Shown: positions 24,733-34,036 of the stretch, piece after piece | How the letters are laid out: every line of letters begins with the position of its first letter | Numbering within the stretch: the stretch's first letter is position 1 | Origin: Paratractidigestivibacter sp. | GTDB taxonomy: Bacteria; Bacillota_I; Bacilli_A; Erysipelotrichales; Erysipelotrichaceae | NCBI GenBank assembly: GCA_963607765.1 | Contig: CAVDDT010000034.1 | Span: 440-64,439 of the forward strand | Direction: 5' to 3' | Length of the DNA: 64,000 nt | Notes under the pieces: generated by a model | The model's input: only the letters and a program-made list of their open reading frames with translations | The model's database searches: none | What the model was told of the DNA's origin: nothing | Made by a program: the position numbers and the translations under genes

Positions 24733-26043
24733 ATGCTTAATGATACTATTTGTGCTATTAGTACTAGCTTAAAAGAAGGCGCTATTTCGATTGTTAGAAT
24801 GTCTGGTGAAGACAGTTTTAGTATTATTAAAGAAATTAGTGATATCAAGAAGATAGAAGCCAATACCATCAAATATAGTCATATCTATGATAATGGTGAA
24901 GTTGTGGATGAAGTGCTTATTTCTTTTTTTGTTGGGCCTAAGTCTTATACAAGAGAAGATATGGTTGAGATTAATTGCCATGGTGGCGTATTTGTCACAA
25001 GGATGATTCTTAATCTTTTATTAAGCAATGGGGCTAGACTTGCGACTCCTGGCGAGTTTACTAAAAGAGCTTACCTAAATGGCAGAATTGATTTAAGTGA
25101 GGCTGAAAGCAGTAATGATTTAATTAAGGCAACCAATTACTTACAAGCCAAGAGCGCTATTAAGGGCGTTGATGGCTCTATTGAGAAACTTTTAAATCCT
25201 ATTATGAATGAGATGAAGAATGTTATTTCGATGATTGAAGTAAACATTGATTATCCTGAATATGATGATGTAGAGATTATGTCTAATGAAAAGGTTAAGC
25301 CATATGTTCATAAATGGATAGAAGAAATGGAGACAATGATTGATAAGGCAAGCCGTTTTAGGGTAGTAAAAGATGGTATTAAGACTGTTATTATCGGTAA
25401 GCCTAATGTTGGCAAAAGTAGCTTACTAAATGCACTGTTAAAACAAGATAAAGCAATTGTTACTGATATTGCTGGCACTACAAGAGATTTGGTTGAGGGA
25501 GATGTTAATCTTGATAATGTTTCGTTAAGATTAATTGATACTGCTGGTATTAGAGATAGTGATGATAAGATTGAACAAATTGGTATTGAAAAAAGTAAAG
25601 AGGCTTTAAAGGAAGCTGATTTAGTTTTGTTGGTGATTGATGGTTCAAATATTGATGAAAAAGATGAAGAACTAATTAAGTTAACAGAAGGCAAGAAGAG
25701 AGTTATCATCTACAATAAAAAAGATTTGGTTAAAAAAGATGGCATTAATATTAGCGCCAAAGATGGTGATATAGAGGCTTTGACTTCTTATTTGAATAAT
25801 GAATATAAAGATGATATTTCTTTAGTTAATGAAGATATTTTGAATAATGAAAGGCAAATTTCTTTGATGCGTAGAGCTTTAAGCGAATTAAAAGAGATGC
25901 TTAAGGATTTTGATAACGTTTCTCTTGATGTGGTAATGCTTGATTTAGAAGAAAGTTTCCATTATTTATGTGAAATATTAGGAAGGGAATATAAGGAGGA
26001 TTTAATCGACCATATGTTTAAAAACTTCTGTTTGGGTAAATAA
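24733..26043 (+). CDS. mnmE: tRNA modification GTPase MnmE
   Basis: G-domain motifs GKPNVGKSS, DTAGIR and NKKD, plus the conserved C-terminal C-x-G-K (FCLGK). Confidence 0.93.
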   Translation: MLNDTICAISTSLKEGAISIVRMSGEDSFSIIKEISDIKKIEANTIKYSHIYDNGEVVDEVLISFFVGPKSYTREDMVEINCHGGVFVTRMILNLLLSNGARLATPGEFTKRAYLNGRIDLSEAESSNDLIKATNYLQAKSAIKGVDGSIEKLLNPIMNEMKNVISMIEVNIDYPEYDDVEIMSNEKVKPYVHKWIEEMETMIDKASRFRVVKDGIKTVIIGKPNVGKSSLLNALLKQDKAIVTDIAGTTRDLVEGDVNLDNVSLRLIDTAGIRDSDDKIEQIGIEKSKEALKEADLVLLVIDGSNIDEKDEELIKLTEGKKRVIIYNKKDLVKKDGINISAKDGDIEALTSYLNNEYKDDISLVNEDILNNERQISLMRRALSELKEMLKDFDNVSLDVVMLDLEESFHYLCEILGREYKEDLIDHMFKNFCLGK

Positions 26044-26793
26044 ATGAATTATTTAGATTCTCATTGTCACATAAACGATAGCGCCTTTAACGAAGACCTT
26101 GATTTAGTTCTAGATAGAATGGTTGAAAATAGAATTGCCAAGGCAATGATTGTTTCTATTTCATTAGATGAATATAAGAGAGCTAAGGCAATAAAAAAGG
26201 ATGGCATAGAGTTTAAACAGGCTATTGGCGTTTATCCTGAAGATACCAATATAGATGAAGATACATTTAATGAATTTGTGTCGCACATGAAAGAGTGCGA
26301 TGCGGTTGGTGAAATTGGTCTTGATTACCATTGGTATAAAGATACAAAGGATAAGCAAAAGGAATTGTTTATAAGACAAATTAAGATTGCTAAGGACTTA
26401 AATAAGCCAATTATTGTTCATGCTAGAGAGGCACTTGGTGATACTTATGATATATTAAAAGAATATCGTTGTAGAGGTGTTCTTCATTGTTATAGTGGAT
26501 CTAGTGAATTAGCTAGGGAGTTTGTTAAGCTTGGCTATTATATTTCAATAGGTGGTCCAATAACATTTAAAAATGCCAAAGAACCAATTGAAGTGGTTAA
26601 AGATATTCCATTAGATAGACTTCTTATTGAGACAGATTGTCCTTATCTTACACCTGTTCCAAATAGGGGAAAGAGAAATGAGCCAAGTAATGTAATCTAT
26701 ACCGCAAGAAAGATTATGGATGTCTTAAATATAGATGAAGATGTTTTTTTGAAGCAAATTAATGAAAATTATGATACATTGTTCAATGGATAG
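26044..26793 (+). CDS. TatD-family metal-dependent deoxyribonuclease/hydrolase
   Basis: ..DSHCHI.., GEIGLDYHW, VHAREA and ETDCPYL motifs. Confidence 0.9.
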   Translation: MNYLDSHCHINDSAFNEDLDLVLDRMVENRIAKAMIVSISLDEYKRAKAIKKDGIEFKQAIGVYPEDTNIDEDTFNEFVSHMKECDAVGEIGLDYHWYKDTKDKQKELFIRQIKIAKDLNKPIIVHAREALGDTYDILKEYRCRGVLHCYSGSSELAREFVKLGYYISIGGPITFKNAKEPIEVVKDIPLDRLLIETDCPYLTPVPNRGKRNEPSNVIYTARKIMDVLNIDEDVFLKQINENYDTLFNG

Positions 26794-26805
26794 GGGAAAT
26801 AAATT

Positions 26806-27636
26806 ATGAATACAATTTTACTTTTGGTTTTAATCGTACTTACAATCTTGATGTCTATGAATAACATCAAGAGACTTAAACAATATCGTAAGGATAAGAC
26901 ATATATCGATATTTATACAAAGATTTTAAGAGATACTGATGGTGCTTATGATGAACTTGTAAACTACATTGGAAGCGAAAATGATGCTTGTTTAAAGACT
27001 AAGTCAGAATTAATTAAATTATATGAAGATATTAAGGATGACAAGGATTTAAGTGAATTTGATGAAATCGATTTTGTTAAAGACATTTTCTATGATGGCG
27101 AAGTGTTCTCTAAAGACAGAGTGACTTTAAATAGTGAAGTGTTTATTTGGTTTATTTTAATTCTTTCAAGAGCACGTAATCTTTCAATGATGGATGTGAT
27201 GGATAACCTTTATAATAAGGTTTCTAAATATGAAGAAAACCTAAATACTTATATTGAGTATCAAGTATTTAAGGCTAGTTATAATGTTCTTCTTGAGAAG
27301 AATGAAGATGGTGTTTCTTTCTTGAAGAAATTATTAAATGGTGAATATACTGAATATACTTATGATAAGAATTTAATTGGCATTTACAAGAAAATTGCCG
27401 CTTGTTTATTATGTTATGCTGGTGAAATAGTTGAAGAAAGTGATGAAGATTTAATCAAGGACTTTACTACTACTTTAATTGGCAATCGCTTTACTAAAGA
27501 CTTAGGCATTTATGAAAAGTATTCGCCTATGGTTGAAGATGAAAAGAATGCTGAAGAAACTGCAGAGGAACCTGCTAAAGAATTAGAGGAAACTAGTGAA
27601 TCTGTTAAAGAAGAAACCGATGGTAAAGAAGAATAA
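26806..27636 (+). CDS. Hypothetical membrane-anchored protein with acidic C-terminus
   Basis: One N-terminal TM (ILLLVLIVLTILM). The tail is Glu-rich. No family recognised. Confidence 0.5.
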   Translation: MNTILLLVLIVLTILMSMNNIKRLKQYRKDKTYIDIYTKILRDTDGAYDELVNYIGSENDACLKTKSELIKLYEDIKDDKDLSEFDEIDFVKDIFYDGEVFSKDRVTLNSEVFIWFILILSRARNLSMMDVMDNLYNKVSKYEENLNTYIEYQVFKASYNVLLEKNEDGVSFLKKLLNGEYTEYTYDKNLIGIYKKIAACLLCYAGEIVEESDEDLIKDFTTTLIGNRFTKDLGIYEKYSPMVEDEKNAEETAEEPAKELEETSESVKEETDGKEE

Positions 27637-27638
27637 TA

Positions 27639-28193
27639 ATGAAATTAATTGTTGGATTGGGCAATCCTGGTAAAGAATATGAGAATACTCGTCATAACTG
27701 TGGTTTTATGGTTATTGATAGAGTTTTGAGTAAACTAAATTTATCATTGGATAAAGAAAAGTTTAAGGGAGAGTATACTTCTTTTAACTATAAAGGGGAA
27801 AAGGTTTATTTTTTAAAGCCTCTTACTTATATGAATAGTTCTGGAGAGTGCGTAGCTCCTTTTATGAAGTATTTTAATATTGATATTGAGGATTTAATTG
27901 TTGTGCACGATGATTTAGATTTGCCTGTTGGCAAGATTAGACTAAGAGAAAAGGGGTCTTGTGGCGGTCAAAATGGTATGCGCAGTATCATTAATCTTTT
28001 AGGGGATGAAAAAATTAGAAGGATTAGAGTTGGCATTTCCAAGGATCCACTTATTCCGGTTGTTGATTATGTTTTGGGCAAGACTAAGCCTGAAGACAAA
28101 GAAGAGTTTGAAAAGAGTTTAGATAAGGCAAGCGATGCGATTATTTATGCGCTTGATCATGACTTTTCTTTAGTTATGTCAAAATTTAATTAA
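27639..28193 (+). CDS. pth: Peptidyl-tRNA hydrolase
   Basis: MKLIVGLGNPGKEYENTRHNCGF.. Shows the pth-mfd synteny. Confidence 0.95.
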   Translation: MKLIVGLGNPGKEYENTRHNCGFMVIDRVLSKLNLSLDKEKFKGEYTSFNYKGEKVYFLKPLTYMNSSGECVAPFMKYFNIDIEDLIVVHDDLDLPVGKIRLREKGSCGGQNGMRSIINLLGDEKIRRIRVGISKDPLIPVVDYVLGKTKPEDKEEFEKSLDKASDAIIYALDHDFSLVMSKFN

Positions 28194-31100
28194 TGAAGTA
28201 TTTAGAATTATTAAATAAAGTTAGTGAAATAGATGATGATAAGTTTTCGTCTTTATCTTACAACTCTTTAATTGAAGAGGCTTTAAAGATAGCTATCAAA
28301 GCTAGTAAGAGTGATAGACCTATTGTTGTCGTTAAGGAAAATAATTATATGGCATTTAGAATAAGAGATATTTTAAGCTCTTATTTTGATGATGAGGAAA
28401 TGGTTGCCTATTTGCCTGAAGAGTCGCTTAGAAGTGAGGAGATTGCGACTTCTTTTGAAAATAGAGCGGAGCGCCTTTTTGCGTTATATAAGATAATCAC
28501 TGATAAAAAAGTTAAAGTAATCATCACTTCAAGCTATGGCTATATTCGTCATTTACCTGAAAAGAATATCTTAGAAAATAGTATTATTCATCTTAAAAAA
28601 GATGATGTTTTAGATAGAGATGAATTTATCAATAAATTAAGAGGCTTGGGCTATGAAAAGGTTATGCACGTTGAAACACCAATGTCATACGCTTCTAGAG
28701 GATATATTGTTGATGTCTATAGTGTAAATTATTCTAGTCCTATTAGAATTGAATTCTTTGATGATGTGGTTGATTCTATTCGTTTTTTTGATATTAATGA
28801 TCAAAGAACAATTGAAAATGTAGATGAAGTAGATATTTGTTTTGCTAAGGATGTATTCTTTTCTGATGATGAAAAACAATACTTAAAGGATAATGTAGAA
28901 GCTTTAAGTGGTGAAATGGAGATTAATTTAGAATATATCTATAATGATGTGTTTAGACAATCTTCATACTTTTATTATTGTTATTTTAAGAAACAACATT
29001 TAAATGATTATATTGACGGGTATACTTATGTTTCTGATAAGGATAAGATCAATGATCATTTAAAATTGCTAGCTGATGAAACTTATGCCTATATTAGAGA
29101 AATGTATGAGGAGAAAAAGCTTCCACTTAAGTATTATGTTTTTGGTGATTTAAATCGATTATTAGTTAATCAAGACATTATTGAGGGGCAGCCTTTTAAG
29201 AAGGCTGTTAGTAAGGTGATGGAAGTTGATTTACCATATGGTAATATTGACTATTTATTATCTTTGATTGATAAGAATACTAATGAATATAAATTAATTT
29301 TATTGCCTGAAAAGGAGTTAAAGGAAGTAATTGTTTCTTTAAAGAAGTTTAATATCAATTATTCTAAATATAATGGAAAGCTAAAAATGGGCTTGTGTGT
29401 TGGACAAGGCAATGTTTTTGGTGGTTTTGAGATAAAACAATTGGGATTAAGCGTTTATACAAGTGGCGAACTTTATAAGCAAAGAAAACATAAGGGCCGT
29501 TTTGCCAGCAAGTATGGTGAGGCAAGAAACTTAAATTCTTATGAAGAGCTTCATCCTGGTGATTATGTGGTACATGATCAATATGGAATTGGCCAATATG
29601 TAGCTATTGAAACACGTAATGTGAATGGCATTAATCTTGATTATTTAAAGATTATTTATAAGGGCAATGATGAATTGCTTGTTCCATTATCACAATTTTC
29701 TTTGGTGAGAAAATATGTTTCTAAAGATGGCGTAGTGCCAAAGCTTCATAAGCTTGGCTCAAAGGATTGGATTAAGACTAAACAAAGGGTCCAAGAAAAT
29801 GTTGAAGAATTAGCTGGTAGATTAATTGATCTTTATTCTAATCGAGATGGCGATATTGGCTTTGCCTGTGGCAAGGATAGTGAGCTTCAAAAAGAGTTTG
29901 AGGATACTTTTGTTTATGATTTAACCAGCGATCAAGAAAAGGCTATTGGTGAAGTTAAAGAGGATATGGAAAAAAGCAAGCCAATGGATAGGCTTTTATG
30001 TGGTGATGTTGGCTTTGGAAAGACGGAGGTTGCCTTGCGTGCTTCTTTTAAGAGCGTTGATAATGGCAAGCAGGTGGCTTATTTGTGTCCTACTACTATT
30101 TTGTCTTTGCAGCATTTCAATACTTTTAAAACTAGACTGTCTAATTTTCCAGTTAGAGTAGAGCTTTTGAATAGATTTGTTGAGCCTAAGAAACAAAAAG
30201 AAATTTTGGATGATGTGAAGACTGGTAAAGTTGATATTCTAATTGGAACACATCGTATTTTAAGTAAGGATGTAGAGTTTAAGGATCTTGGTTTATTAAT
30301 TATTGATGAGGAACAAAGATTTGGTGTTGAGCACAAGGAAAAGATTAGAGAAATGAAACAGTCTGTCGATGTTTTGTCTTTGAGTGCTACCCCTATTCCT
30401 AGAACTTTGCAAATGTCTTTGATAGGCATAAGAGGCCTTTCTACTTTAGACACTCCTCCGCAAAATAGATATCCTGTTTTAACTTATGTTGTCCAAAGAA
30501 GTGACAATTTGGTTAAAGAGGTTATTATGAGAGAGCTTGAGCGTAATGGCCAGGTTTTCTATTTATATAATAATGTTGACAAGATTAACAGGGTTGCGAA
30601 TAAGTTAGCTAAGGAAATTCCTTATGCCAAAGTAGATGTTGCTCATGGGCAAATGTCTGCTGAACAGATTGAGGATGTCATGCTTAGGTTCTACAAAAAT
30701 GAAATTAATGTTTTAGTTTGTACAACGATTGTAGAAACTGGCCTTGATATTCCTAATGCGAATACTATTATTATCGATGATGCACAAAATTTTGGTTTGG
30801 CACAGTTATACCAAATTAAAGGAAGAGTTGGCAGAAGCGATAGAGTGGCTTATGCGTATTTGCTTATTCCAGAGAAGAAACAATTAAGCGAGATTTCAAG
30901 TAAAAGGCTTGAGGCTATTAAGGAGTTTGCAGCTTTGGGCAGTGGCTATAAGATTGCGATGAGAGACTTAACAATAAGAGGCGCTGGTGATTTACTTGGT
31001 CCTAAGCAATCGGGTTTTATTGATAATGTTGGATTAGATCTTTATTTAGCTATGCTTAATAAGGCAATAAGACAAAAGAAGGGTGAAAAGGTAGAGGATG

Positions 31101-31567
31101 ATGTTCCTAAGACTAGCCTTAATATTCAGCTTGAGTCATATATTCCGGAAGAGTTTTCGGATAATGATTATGAGAAATTGTCTTTATATCATAAGCTTGA
31201 TTTAATTGATAATAAGGAAGACTTATTAAAGTATTATCTTGAGATTGAGGATGAATATGGCAGACTTCCAAAGGGTGTTGAAGGCTTGTTTGAGAAAAAG
31301 AAACTTGAGCTTTTGTATAATCTTAATTGCATAGATAGAATTACTAATAAGAATGGAACTTTTACGATTGTGTTAAGTAAGGAGTATTCCAATAATATTG
31401 ATGGGGTTAAATTATTTGAGTATTGTAACGAGTTAAGCAAGGATATTAAGATTGCTTATAAAAATAGCAAATTGGAGCTTTTTGTGAATAATCAAAAGGA
31501 TGCCATTTCAAAGATATTGAAACTTGTTGATAATTTGGATAAACTAGTTAAAAATGAGAATAGATAA
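28193..31567 (+). CDS. mfd: Transcription-repair coupling factor
   Basis: 1124 aa. Has a CarD-like domain (DYVVHDQYGIGQY), SF2 helicase motifs (GDVGFGKTEV, DEEQRFG) and a TRCF C-terminal domain. Confidence 0.97.
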   Translation: MKYLELLNKVSEIDDDKFSSLSYNSLIEEALKIAIKASKSDRPIVVVKENNYMAFRIRDILSSYFDDEEMVAYLPEESLRSEEIATSFENRAERLFALYKIITDKKVKVIITSSYGYIRHLPEKNILENSIIHLKKDDVLDRDEFINKLRGLGYEKVMHVETPMSYASRGYIVDVYSVNYSSPIRIEFFDDVVDSIRFFDINDQRTIENVDEVDICFAKDVFFSDDEKQYLKDNVEALSGEMEINLEYIYNDVFRQSSYFYYCYFKKQHLNDYIDGYTYVSDKDKINDHLKLLADETYAYIREMYEEKKLPLKYYVFGDLNRLLVNQDIIEGQPFKKAVSKVMEVDLPYGNIDYLLSLIDKNTNEYKLILLPEKELKEVIVSLKKFNINYSKYNGKLKMGLCVGQGNVFGGFEIKQLGLSVYTSGELYKQRKHKGRFASKYGEARNLNSYEELHPGDYVVHDQYGIGQYVAIETRNVNGINLDYLKIIYKGNDELLVPLSQFSLVRKYVSKDGVVPKLHKLGSKDWIKTKQRVQENVEELAGRLIDLYSNRDGDIGFACGKDSELQKEFEDTFVYDLTSDQEKAIGEVKEDMEKSKPMDRLLCGDVGFGKTEVALRASFKSVDNGKQVAYLCPTTILSLQHFNTFKTRLSNFPVRVELLNRFVEPKKQKEILDDVKTGKVDILIGTHRILSKDVEFKDLGLLIIDEEQRFGVEHKEKIREMKQSVDVLSLSATPIPRTLQMSLIGIRGLSTLDTPPQNRYPVLTYVVQRSDNLVKEVIMRELERNGQVFYLYNNVDKINRVANKLAKEIPYAKVDVAHGQMSAEQIEDVMLRFYKNEINVLVCTTIVETGLDIPNANTIIIDDAQNFGLAQLYQIKGRVGRSDRVAYAYLLIPEKKQLSEISSKRLEAIKEFAALGSGYKIAMRDLTIRGAGDLLGPKQSGFIDNVGLDLYLAMLNKAIRQKKGEKVEDDVPKTSLNIQLESYIPEEFSDNDYEKLSLYHKLDLIDNKEDLLKYYLEIEDEYGRLPKGVEGLFEKKKLELLYNLNCIDRITNKNGTFTIVLSKEYSNNIDGVKLFEYCNELSKDIKIAYKNSKLELFVNNQKDAISKILKLVDNLDKLVKNENR

Positions 31568-31817
31568 GTATTTAAAAGTAGCACGTATTTTAAAAAAACG
31601 TACAGTTGGTAAAGAACTAGCCTTAAATGAGCGTCTTTTGATAAATGATAGAGTAGCTAAGGCTAGTAGCGAAGTTAAGCCAGGCGATATTATTACGATT
31701 GTTTTTGGCCATCGTACTTTTAAAGTAAGAGTTTTAGAAGTTAAGGATAACGCCTCTAAGCAGGATGCTCTTTCGATGTACGAGGTTATTGAAGAAAAAC
31801 AAAACGCTGATGTATAA
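31554..31817 (+). CDS. rqcP: S4-domain RNA-binding protein (YabO/RqcP, Hsp15-like)
   Basis: MRIDKYLKVARILKKRT.. S4 fold, 87 aa. It sits after mfd, as in Bacillus. Confidence 0.8.
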   Translation: MRIDKYLKVARILKKRTVGKELALNERLLINDRVAKASSEVKPGDIITIVFGHRTFKVRVLEVKDNASKQDALSMYEVIEEKQNADV

Positions 31818-31824
31818 TTCTAGT

Positions 31825-32148
31825 ATGACTATTAAGAAGAAAAAGAGAAGACTTAATAAGCGTCTTGTTCATAAAATTATTTCAATTGTCTTGATTTGTG
31901 CGGCAATTGGTATTTTCTATAATGTCTTTAAACAAGTTAAGACAATGTATGATTTAAAGAAGCAGTCTGATTTAGTAGAGGCTGAGCTTACTGCTTTGGA
32001 AGATGAGAATGCAGCTCTTGTTTCTACAAAAGAGAAACTAGAAGATTCTAGTTATGTTACAACTTACGCAAGAGGTGCATATATGTTTTCTAAGGGCGAT
32101 GAGAAAGTGTTCTACTTACCAAGTAGTAGTTCAGATAGCGAAGAATAG
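31825..32148 (+). CDS. divIC: Septum formation initiator (DivIC/FtsB family)
   Basis: Basic N-terminus, one TM (IISIVLICAAIGIFY), then a coiled coil (..LVEAELTALEDENAALVSTKEKL..). The start is ambiguous: ATG at 31810 or 31825. The ORF-track start at 31765 is unlikely. Confidence 0.7.
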   Translation: MTIKKKKRRLNKRLVHKIISIVLICAAIGIFYNVFKQVKTMYDLKKQSDLVEAELTALEDENAALVSTKEKLEDSSYVTTYARGAYMFSKGDEKVFYLPSSSSDSEE

Positions 32149-32166
32149 AGCGAAAGCTCTTTTTTA
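32147..32166 (+). terminator. Rho-independent terminator
   Basis: GAGC-gaaa-GCTC followed by tttttt. Confidence 0.7.
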
Positions 32167-32170
32167 TATA

Positions 32171-32190
32171 AAAAAAGTAGCCTAAGCTAC
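32171..32190 (-). terminator. Rho-independent terminator for the minus-strand nitroreductase operon
   Basis: On the minus strand: gtagc-ttag-gctac followed by tttttt. Confidence 0.65.
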
Positions 32191-32708
32191 TTTACGTAAT
32201 ATACTCTATTTTCTTTGATTGGATGAGATTTAAGTTCCATGTCGCTATAGCCAATGATGCAGTTTCCAATGCCTTCATAGTTTTCTGGAATACCAAGTTC
32301 TTTTAGAATTTGCTTTCCTTCTTTTGTTTCAAACATTTCCTTAGCTCTATGAATCCAACAAGATCCAAGTCCTAGTGAGCTTGCAGTTAACAACATATTT
32401 TCCATAACCAAACTTCCATCATATAGGTATGTAAAACAGTTTTTGTCAGCTAATACTACAAGTACAACTGGTGCATTATAGAATGGGTCGATATTAGCAT
32501 TCAATATGCTAGCATTTAATTTTGATAATCTATCTCTTAGTTCTTTGTTTGATACAGCTAAAATGATTGGTGCTTGATTGTTTTTACCGCTTGGGGCATT
32601 TAAACCAGCATTTACAATGGTTTCAATCATTTCATCAGGTACTGCATCACTTTTATATTTCTTACAAGAGTGTCTGTTTAGAATGTTTTTGATTACTTCA
32701 TTTTCCAT
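32187..32708 (-). CDS. Nitroreductase-family protein
   Basis: ..ILNRHSCKKY.., ..APSGKNNQ.. and ..GLGSCWI.. motifs. The likely start is MENEVIK at 32708, after SD aaggaaa. The ORF-track start at 32741 lies inside arcA. Confidence 0.8.
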   Translation of the reverse strand: MENEVIKNILNRHSCKKYKSDAVPDEMIETIVNAGLNAPSGKNNQAPIILAVSNKELRDRLSKLNASILNANIDPFYNAPVVLVVLADKNCFTYLYDGSLVMENMLLTASSLGLGSCWIHRAKEMFETKEGKQILKELGIPENYEGIGNCIIGYSDMELKSHPIKENRVYYVK

Positions 32709-32710
32709 CT

Positions 32711-33817
32711 TTATTTCCTTAATAGAGGCATACTCATACAATGAGGGCCACCTCTTCCTTTCAATAATTCTTTTGAAGGTATAGTGTAAATAGTTGAGCC
32801 TTCATTTAGATATTTTTCATTTGTTGTTTTATTTATGTCGTAAACGATGAATTTATTTGGAGCTATGCAAAGTGTATTGCAAGCATCATTCCATTGTTCA
32901 AGAACTTCATTGTTTTTATTTCCACAAGTAATTATTTTAATGTCATCTAGTTTTAATAAGTTCTTTAATGTCTCTTCTAGTGAATCGTTAATATCAGTAA
33001 CTCCATCTTTAGTAATTAATTTTAGTTTTAACACTTGTCTGATTTCATCGAAGATAATAAATTTATTGGTGTCAAATCTTGTGAATACAGTATCTAGATG
33101 CATACAAGATCTCTTTGATGGAATTTCCATTACCAAGATATTTTTAATTTTCTTGTCTTTGTTTAAGATATTGTGGGCAAGCTTATATGCAGCATCAAAT
33201 GTTGTTCTCTCTGATTGACCTATAGCGATTGTATTTTCATCTAGTAATAAGACGTCACCACCTTCAATCATGTATTCTTCATCTCTATTATAGTAAACAT
33301 CTAGTTTAAAGTCCTTATGATACTTATTGATGTATTTTCCATAGATTACTTCGTTATTTCTTACTTTGGTATGCATATGATATAGTGCTATACCGTTTCC
33401 AATGATAGTAAAAGGATCTCTTGTAAAGTAAAGATTTGGCATTGGCATTAATTTGTTGTCCATACCAGACATTGTGTATTCAACTAGTTGCTTATTATCT
33501 TTAATAGCTAATAGTTCATCATAGTATTCAGCTAAATTACAATTTTGATCATTTAGGTATTCTTTGATAAATTCTTCTTTAGCATCTATATTTTCTAATA
33601 CCTCTGCCATTAAATCAGTTAGATAATATACTTCTACTCCATTTTCTCTTAAGATATTGGCAAAGATATCGTGTTCTTTTTGAGCAATCTTTAAATCAGG
33701 AATTTCATCATACAAGTATTCTTGCATATTATCTTTTGTAAGATAAGAAAGCTCTTTTCCTGGTCTATGTAATAACACCTTATTTAGTGTTTTAATTTCA
33801 TTTTCTACTTTTATCAT
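32711..33817 (-). CDS. arcA: Arginine deiminase-family protein (short form, 368 aa)
   Basis: N-terminus ..LNKVLLHRPG.EL.. and C-terminal catalytic-Cys motif GGPHCMSMPLLR. Confidence 0.72.
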   Translation of the reverse strand: MIKVENEIKTLNKVLLHRPGKELSYLTKDNMQEYLYDEIPDLKIAQKEHDIFANILRENGVEVYYLTDLMAEVLENIDAKEEFIKEYLNDQNCNLAEYYDELLAIKDNKQLVEYTMSGMDNKLMPMPNLYFTRDPFTIIGNGIALYHMHTKVRNNEVIYGKYINKYHKDFKLDVYYNRDEEYMIEGGDVLLLDENTIAIGQSERTTFDAAYKLAHNILNKDKKIKNILVMEIPSKRSCMHLDTVFTRFDTNKFIIFDEIRQVLKLKLITKDGVTDINDSLEETLKNLLKLDDIKIITCGNKNNEVLEQWNDACNTLCIAPNKFIVYDINKTTNEKYLNEGSTIYTIPSKELLKGRGGPHCMSMPLLRK

Positions 33818-33841
33818 ATTTTTATTCTAGCACAATAACAA

Positions 33842-33859
33842 AAAGCCCTTGCGGGCTTT
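33842..33859 (-). terminator. Terminator downstream of tRNA-Arg
   Basis: AAAGCCC-ttgc-GGGCTTT. On the minus strand it is followed by ttttt. Confidence 0.7.
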
Positions 33860-33869
33860 GTGTTTTAAA

Positions 33870-33945
33870 TGGCGTCCTCGGGGCGATTCGAACGCTCGAC
33901 CGTCCGCTTAGAAGGCGGATGCTCTATCCACTGAGCTACGAAGAC
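33870..33945 (-). tRNA. tRNA-Arg (anticodon UCU), with encoded CCA
   Basis: The reverse complement folds as a cloverleaf: GTCTTCG TA GCTC AGTGGATA GAGC A TCCGC CTTCTAA GCGGA CGGTC GAGCG TTCGAAT CGCCC CGAGGAC G CCA. There is one A-C mismatch in the T stem. Confidence 0.9.
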
Positions 33946-34036
33946 ATTTTTTGTGCATATCTAATGTAACACATCACAAAACAAATTTCAATGGCTAATG
34001 AAAATAATAAGTTTGCTTGTGATATCATATTTAAGT

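Noticed and set aside
32578-33218. Plus-strand ORFs 32578-32784 and 32847-33218 opposite the nitroreductase and arginine-deiminase genes. The same applies to 53823-54005, 54361-54567 and 54610-54879 opposite the chromate transporter pair, and to 57473-57658 and 57702-57941 opposite the CMD and cupin genes.
   Set aside because: The opposite-strand genes carry family motifs. These ORFs are compositionally typical shadow frames.
33946-34036. Possible T-box leader upstream of argS. The region also contains a 17-codon ORF (33991-34044, MANENNKFACDIIFKYE).
   Set aside because: The interval is only about 90 nt, too short for a T-box (specifier loop plus antiterminator). I could not find a T-box consensus (..AGAGA..GGTGGNACCGCG..). 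The mini-ORF has no SD.
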